A stretch of 64,000 bases of DNA, from positions 12,901-76,900 of the forward strand of contig DAOPYQ010000003.1 in NCBI GenBank assembly GCA_035352955.1, written 5' to 3'. A program made the position numbers and the translations under genes. Below are positions 57,986-64,000 of this stretch, piece by piece (the stretch's first letter is position 1; the number at the start of each line of letters is the position of its first letter). The notes below the pieces were generated by a model, which ran no database searches, had not been told where the DNA came from, and was given only the letters and a program-made list of their open reading frames with translations. The stretch comes from Candidatus Omnitrophota bacterium (GTDB lineage Bacteria > Omnitrophota > Omnitrophia > Omnitrophales > Aquincolibacteriaceae).

Positions 57986-59284
57986 TTATGCGGACGGACG
58001 GCCGATACTGATGTACTGAAAACCGTTCTTCTTCATATCCACCGGCTGGAACATGTTCCGGCCGTCAAAAAAGAACCGGCCTTTCATCAGGCGGCGAAAC
58101 CGCGGCCAATCCAGGTTCAGGAATTCGCTCCATTCCGTAAGAACCGCCACCGCATCCGCTCCCCGGACCGCTTCGTACGGATCCACCGTATAATGGACAC
58201 CCTTAAAGATGTCGCGGCATTTAACGACGGCCTGCGGGTCGTAGGCCTGGATACGAGCCCCGTCCTTCTGCAACATCTGAAGGATGGGAACCGACGGCGC
58301 CGAACGCATGTCGTCCGTATCCGGCTTGAACGCAAGCCCCAGAACCCCGATCGTCTTCCCCTTCAGGGATCTCAGGGAATTCCGGATCTTTTCGACAAAA
58401 TATTTCGCCTGCAGGTCATTGATCTTCAGAACGTCCGCCAAAAGTTCAAAACGGACCCCCAGCTGCTCGGAAATATGCAGGAACGCGCTCAGATCTTTCG
58501 GAAAACACGAGCCACCGAAACCGATCCCGGCCTTGAGGAACTGCGGGCCGATACGGGGATCGAGGCCCATCCCGAGCGAAACCTTATCCACATCCGCGCC
58601 TACCGCGTCACAGACGCGCGACAACGCGTTCGCGAACGAGATCTTGGCGGCAAGGAACGAGTTGGAGGCATGTTTGATGAGTTCGGCGCTCTTGATGTCC
58701 GTCACGACGATCGGCGCCTTCAGCGGGCTGTAGATCTTGCGCAGAATCTTTTCGGCACGGGCGCTCGCGACCCCGATCACGATCCGGTCCGGCGACGAGA
58801 AGTCATGGATCGCCGACCCCTCCCGCAGGAACTCCGGGTTCGACGCCACGTCAAACTCGACACCTTTTCGAACGTTCCGCTTGATCGTGTTCCGGACCCA
58901 TTCCCCCGTTTCGACGGGGACCGTGCTCTTCTCAACGATCAGGCAGTATTTTTTCAGCTGCGTCGCAATCTGTTTGGCGACCTTTTCGACAAAGCTCAGA
59001 TCCGCGCCGCCGTCAGGCCGGGGAGGCGTATGGACGCAGATGAAAAGAACTTCGCAACGGTTGACGATCTTCGCGATCTCGGTCGTGAACTTGAGCCGCT
59101 TCGCCCCGACGTTCTCGAGGACCATTTCCATCAGCCCCGGTTCATAGAACGGGATCTTACCGTTCTTGAGCGTGCGGACCTTCTCCGCGTCATGGTCCAC
59201 GCAAGTCACCGTGTGCCCAAGATGCGCGAAACACGCGCCCGTTACAAGCCCGACATAACCCGCCCCGACGATCCCTATTTTCAT
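57986..59284 (-). CDS. ugd: UDP-glucose 6-dehydrogenase
   Basis: 'KIGIVGAGYVG', 'GFGGSCFPKD' catalytic Cys motif. Confidence 0.9.
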   Translation of the reverse strand: MKIGIVGAGYVGLVTGACFAHLGHTVTCVDHDAEKVRTLKNGKIPFYEPGLMEMVLENVGAKRLKFTTEIAKIVNRCEVLFICVHTPPRPDGGADLSFVEKVAKQIATQLKKYCLIVEKSTVPVETGEWVRNTIKRNVRKGVEFDVASNPEFLREGSAIHDFSSPDRIVIGVASARAEKILRKIYSPLKAPIVVTDIKSAELIKHASNSFLAAKISFANALSRVCDAVGADVDKVSLGMGLDPRIGPQFLKAGIGFGGSCFPKDLSAFLHISEQLGVRFELLADVLKINDLQAKYFVEKIRNSLRSLKGKTIGVLGLAFKPDTDDMRSAPSVPILQMLQKDGARIQAYDPQAVVKCRDIFKGVHYTVDPYEAVRGADAVAVLTEWSEFLNLDWPRFRRLMKGRFFFDGRNMFQPVDMKKNGFQYISIGRPSA

Positions 59285-59317
59285 GAGTTATTTACCCTTA
59301 GCCTGAAGGTTGTAGCG

Positions 59318-61900
59318 TTAGGCCCGCAGAGAGGCAAGCTGGTTATCGGTCACCGTCGCGAGGCGTCCCGCACCCTCGTTCGCCCCCGCAACGGTCTCAC
59401 CGATGCGCGGCTCCGAGAACTCCGCACGTCCCCCGCCGCCGCTGATCGCATACGACGGGAACGCTTTCATACGGAAGTTGAAGAAAAGCTCGTTGTTATA
59501 ATCGTTGATCAGGGAATTGCGGACGTTGTAGCCGAAATCGAGGATAAAATCGTGGAGGTCCCGCGACGCAGAAACCTGCCATTCTCCCAAATTGCCGGTC
59601 TCCGTGTCCCACCGGATGTACCCGCCGACATCCCACAAGGGGTTGATCTTATAGCGCGTATCAAAAACAAACTGGGTGCTCTGCTCAATCGTTTCCTCGG
59701 AATACCAGTCGTAGTATCCCCCGGTATACCGGAACCCGAAGAGGAACTTCCACTTTCCCTTCCGGATCATAAAATCCTGGTTGATGTATCTGAAATCGGT
59801 CCAAGCAAAATTATAATCCACGCGCGTCTGGACCTGGAGCCACTCGTAAGGCCGGAGCGTCAGGTCCCCTTTGAGGTCGGTGAACTGGTTCTTCCCGATC
59901 GTGGGATCGACCGGATTGACCGCGTAATAGAGATAGGTATTGAGACTCACGATATCAACGCGCTTGGGCTTACCGCCGACGATCCGTTTGGTCTGGAGAC
60001 GGTTCTCAAGACCCATGGCGACTTCATTAGAATCATCGATCGCATCAACCGTATCAAAACGGGTCAGGCGGTTCATATTGACCGAGGTCTGCGATCCTTC
60101 CAGGCGGACCACCGGTTCCGCAATGTGCCTAAGCTGATTGACCTCGATCCCCATCTTGTCAAACGAAACGTCAAACGTCTTGTAGACCTGCGTCCGGAGG
60201 TCCGCGCCGTACGCGACTACGTTCCGGTAAGCCGCAGAATCCTTGGTCGCCTGCTGGCTGTACTCGGTCCCGCGGTATCCGACGAACGGCAAAAGTTTGA
60301 TCTCCTGCCATTTCAGGGGGGCGTACCAGTTGCTGTACGCGTCCGTCCGGACCGCCGACTGTTTCTTGGTCAACCGTTTGTACCGCATCGTCAAGCTATC
60401 GAACTGCACGCGGCTTTCGTTATAGACCTTGTCCGTAAAGAACGGCTGGTTCTTCCAGTCGAGACGAACCTCGGGCAACCGCTCCACCAGCGATTCAAAA
60501 CTGTTCATCCGTTTCGTCACATGGGCCATGATGCCGTAGCGCTCGGTATTGTGGGTCGCTGTCACGAACGAATGCAGCTCCGTTTCGGAACGGTACTCTT
60601 TTTCAAAAAATTCCTGGAGAAAATATTCGTCGGCAAGGCGGTCGTAGCGCAAAATAACATTGGTGTTCTCATCAATGTCGGTCCGGTGCCGCCAGCTGAT
60701 CCTGCCGCGCGTCCGGTCTTCCGTCGTCGCGAACGGGTCAAAGCTGTCATCCTGGACCTGATAAAAATCCCCCGGCGTCGGGGCCTTCTTGTCCTGGGTC
60801 ACGTACAGCTTGATGTTCCCGTGCCCGAGTTTGTTGAAATCATAGTACTGGTCCCAGCCGCCGCCGATCCCGCGCTTGGCGCGCCAATCAACATGCGCGC
60901 GTCCCCAGAGATATTGATTGATCGTGATCCCTTTGGTCAGCTCGATGTACGCACCGAACCGGGTGTTGTACCCGGCCGCAACCTGCAGCGGGATATTCGG
61001 CCAGTTGATCGGCACGCTCATGAACGGCCACCAAAACACGGGTTTCCCGAGAACGTAGATCGTGACGCCGTACATGTTGACCTTTTGGTCCGCGTAAAGC
61101 GTGGCCTTCTTGGCCCTCAACTCATAATGCGGTTTTTCCAGATTACAGGTCGTAATTCCGCCTTCCCGGATCTTCGTCACGCCCTCGCGGATCTGCTGGA
61201 CGTCTTTTCCCCGGGCATAAAAAGGCTCGCTGATCGAGCGGGCATCCGGAAAGCTTCCCGTATGGTTCCCAAAATCATAGTAGACCTCTTCGCCCTGAAG
61301 CCGCGGTTCGCCGGTCTTGAAGATCATGACGTGGCCCTTGGCGTAAGCCTTTTTGGCGTCGCTATCCACTTCCGCGTAATCGGCAAGCATCTTGACGTTC
61401 TGGTACGTGATCACGGCGTTGCCTCTCGCGATAAGTTTCCGGGTATCCTTGTCATATTCGAGGCTGTCCGCAACCGCTTCGACCTTGCCCTGGCTCCGGT
61501 CAAAAAAATCCTTGATCGGCTCAGGGCGCTTGGCGGGAACGGGCGAAGTTTTTTCCGGAACCTTGGCCGGGGCAACGGCTGCGGAAGGCTGAACGACGGA
61601 AGTTTTTTCGGAAGTTTGAGCCTCGGAGGATTTTGCCGAAGGATCGGACTTTGAGGACTCGGCGGATCCGGCCGCGAAACCGGCAAGAGGCAGAGCCAAA
61701 ACGCCCCAAAGAACACCGGCAACGGCGAACTTCTTAAGAGCTACCCCACAAACGTCATTCTGACCCACGCGGTTTTGCTTCGCCGAGCGAAGCTGCGTGG
61801 GGAAGAATCTCAAAACGAGATCCTTCGCGACGCTCAGGATGACCGAAACTCCTGGAATTTTCTTAATCGCGGTAAACCTTGAAGATAGGATCAATTTCAC
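59318..61900 (-). CDS. lptD: LPS-assembly outer-membrane protein LptD (OstA family)
   Basis: N-terminal OstA domain ('LIARGNAVITYQNVKMLADYAEVDSDAKKAYAKGHV') and a long beta-barrel. The ATG at 61900 overlaps the upstream gene by 4 bp. The first ~44 codons cover a palindromic element, so an internal GTG at 61768 preceding a signal peptide (KKFAVAGVLWGVLALPLAGFAAG) may be the true start. Confidence 0.75.
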   Translation of the reverse strand: MKLILSSRFTAIKKIPGVSVILSVAKDLVLRFFPTQLRSAKQNRVGQNDVCGVALKKFAVAGVLWGVLALPLAGFAAGSAESSKSDPSAKSSEAQTSEKTSVVQPSAAVAPAKVPEKTSPVPAKRPEPIKDFFDRSQGKVEAVADSLEYDKDTRKLIARGNAVITYQNVKMLADYAEVDSDAKKAYAKGHVMIFKTGEPRLQGEEVYYDFGNHTGSFPDARSISEPFYARGKDVQQIREGVTKIREGGITTCNLEKPHYELRAKKATLYADQKVNMYGVTIYVLGKPVFWWPFMSVPINWPNIPLQVAAGYNTRFGAYIELTKGITINQYLWGRAHVDWRAKRGIGGGWDQYYDFNKLGHGNIKLYVTQDKKAPTPGDFYQVQDDSFDPFATTEDRTRGRISWRHRTDIDENTNVILRYDRLADEYFLQEFFEKEYRSETELHSFVTATHNTERYGIMAHVTKRMNSFESLVERLPEVRLDWKNQPFFTDKVYNESRVQFDSLTMRYKRLTKKQSAVRTDAYSNWYAPLKWQEIKLLPFVGYRGTEYSQQATKDSAAYRNVVAYGADLRTQVYKTFDVSFDKMGIEVNQLRHIAEPVVRLEGSQTSVNMNRLTRFDTVDAIDDSNEVAMGLENRLQTKRIVGGKPKRVDIVSLNTYLYYAVNPVDPTIGKNQFTDLKGDLTLRPYEWLQVQTRVDYNFAWTDFRYINQDFMIRKGKWKFLFGFRYTGGYYDWYSEETIEQSTQFVFDTRYKINPLWDVGGYIRWDTETGNLGEWQVSASRDLHDFILDFGYNVRNSLINDYNNELFFNFRMKAFPSYAISGGGGRAEFSEPRIGETVAGANEGAGRLATVTDNQLASLRA
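61754..61844. repeat. Nested palindromic (multi-hairpin) element between the GGDEF gene and lptD
   Basis: The element consists of: gtcattctga / cccacgc-gg-ttttgcttcg-ccgag-cgaagc-t-gcgtggg / gaagaatctc-aaaac-gagatccttc / tcaggatgac. The outer inverted repeat pairs gtcattctga with tcaggatgac. There are two internal stem-loops. Confidence 0.4.
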
Positions 61901-63260
61901 GATCTTTTGATATCCTTATAAAGACAAACGCGGTTCCGGCCTTCTTCCTTCGCCTTGTACATCGCATCATCCGCCTGACGGATCAGGTCCATCGCAATGG
62001 CCCGGGTATCCAGGGTCCCATCGTCCGCGATCGACTCCCCGTCAAAGATCGCAAGTCCTTGGCTTACCGTAACTTTGGTCATGTCGTTATAGACCTGGAA
62101 ATCATGCCGCGCGATATTGGACCGGATACGTTCGGCGACTTCCGCGGCATTCGCCAGCTTGGTCTCCGGCATTGCGATGACAAACTCCTCTCCTCCGTAA
62201 CGCCCGAGGAGATCGACGCGGCGGAGGTTCTTCCGGAGAAGATCGGCGACATCTTTAAGCGTCGCGTCCCCCACCAAGTGTCCGAAGTCGTCATTATATC
62301 TTTTGAAATGATCGATGTCTAACATTAATACCGCCATCGGGAGCTTGAAACGGATACTGCGCTTCAATTCCTCTTCCAAACGCTCGACAAAGTGGTGGCG
62401 GACGAACACCTGGGTCAATTCGTCCACGATCGCAAGCTCCCGGACGGTCTCGTAAAGCTTGATCTTCTTGATCAGAAGCACCAAATAGGCCGTCAAGACC
62501 TCCACGCGCGCGAGATCGTCCTCCCGGATGCCCTGCATTGAAAAAACCGCGCTGAGTTCTTCCCCCTCAAGGATCGGAAAGTACCAACGGTCCGCGCGCC
62601 GAGCCATCGTCTTGTTCTGCGTGAGCGCCCGGAAGTCCTCGCGTTCCTCGTCCGTCAAAAGCCGCGTCTCCACGCCGACGCCTTCCTGCCCCATATCGTA
62701 GACTTTGGCCAAACGGGATCCGTCGGAGGCCGCAGCCTTGAAGAAAAGGAAGATCTGCATTTTCTGGAACGTGATCTCAGGCCGCAGTTTCTTCAGCAGA
62801 AACTCAGCCAGCGTTCCGAAGTCCATGCAATCGCTGAAATCTCGGGCGATCTCAAAAAGGTTCGTCAGGCTGCCGACTTGGACCTCCAGATGCCGCAGGC
62901 TGCTCAGGCGCATCTGGTATTTGCTCTGCAAATTTTCCAGACTCCCGCGCACCTCTTCCTTCCGCGCATACGCCTGTTCAAAAAAACGCCGGAGCGCAAA
63001 AAGATAAACGCAGAGCACAGAAAATAACGCCGCCTGAACGGCCCAGAGCACCCCGATCCGCACATGCGGGTCCCGGGAAAAGAACCAACCGTGAAAGAAC
63101 GCAAGCGTGACAAGCGTCACGCCAAGGAAGACGAACGCACGTTCCTTTAAAAAATAAAATACGGGGAAAAGCAACAGCGGCGACAAAAGATAATAGACCA
63201 GGATCAGGTCCCCGGTCTGGTGCGTGACGAACCCCACCGTGCCGGCAAAGATCGCCAGGA

Positions 63261-63279
<19 letters not shown>
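61897..63279 (-). CDS. Membrane-anchored GGDEF diguanylate cyclase
   Basis: N-terminal TM helices. C-terminus has 'RYGGEEF' active site and 'DHFKRYNDDFGH'. Confidence 0.8.

Positions 63280-64000
<721 letters not shown>

Noticed and set aside
57908-61654. 1248-aa plus-strand ORF
   Set aside because: It is antisense to well-supported ugd and lptD genes. The protein is Arg/Pro-rich low-complexity sequence with no domain signature. This is a typical stop-free shadow frame in a high-GC region.
61754-61844. Considered a c-di-GMP (GEMM) riboswitch because of the adjacent GGDEF genes
   Set aside because: It lacks the conserved GEMM motifs (GGGCAAACC / GGGACGCAAAGCC). The structure is better explained as a nested palindromic repeat.

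Overview
This 64-kb window appears to come from an uncultivated diderm bacterium, since an LptD homologue is present. GC content is mixed: roughly 45-52% across much of 2-45 kb and about 60% from 45 kb onward. All confident CDS except one lie on the minus strand and are tightly packed with many 4-bp overlaps, so long operons are likely. Content from left to right is as follows.

- **TA module:** a VapBC-like toxin-antitoxin pair (PIN toxin plus RHH antitoxin) with tandem direct repeats in its promoter.
- **Repeat protein:** a frameshifted GEW/LTY-motif repeat protein.
- **Glycan supercluster (about 57 kb, ~2.3-59.3 kb):**
  - seven polytopic GT-C-type membrane glycosyltransferases (GT39/ArnT/PMT-like, one of the YfhO type);
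  - seven DPM1/ArnC-like GT2 polyprenol-phosphate-sugar synthases;
  - a GT4 and a Wzx-like flippase;
  - six class-I SAM methyltransferases;
  - four B12-binding (class B) radical SAM enzymes and one SPASM-type radical SAM;
  - a complete pseudaminic-acid-type nonulosonic acid pathway (PseB, PseC, a PseG-PseH fusion, PseI, PseF);
  - a HisH/HisF/WbuX-like amidotransferase module (acetamidino formation) and a Pse-associated methylase;
  - nucleotide-sugar enzymes WecB, Gmd, RmlA/B/D, Ugd and UDP-xylose synthase;
  - an embedded three-gene 2-oxoacid:ferredoxin oxidoreductase operon.
- **Right end:** LptD and two GGDEF diguanylate cyclases, the last truncated by the window end.
- **Frameshifts:** two genes (the WbuX-like amidotransferase and the repeat protein) carry apparent frameshifts.

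No rRNA, tRNA or CRISPR was recognised. Several long antisense ORFs in the high-GC part are judged spurious.
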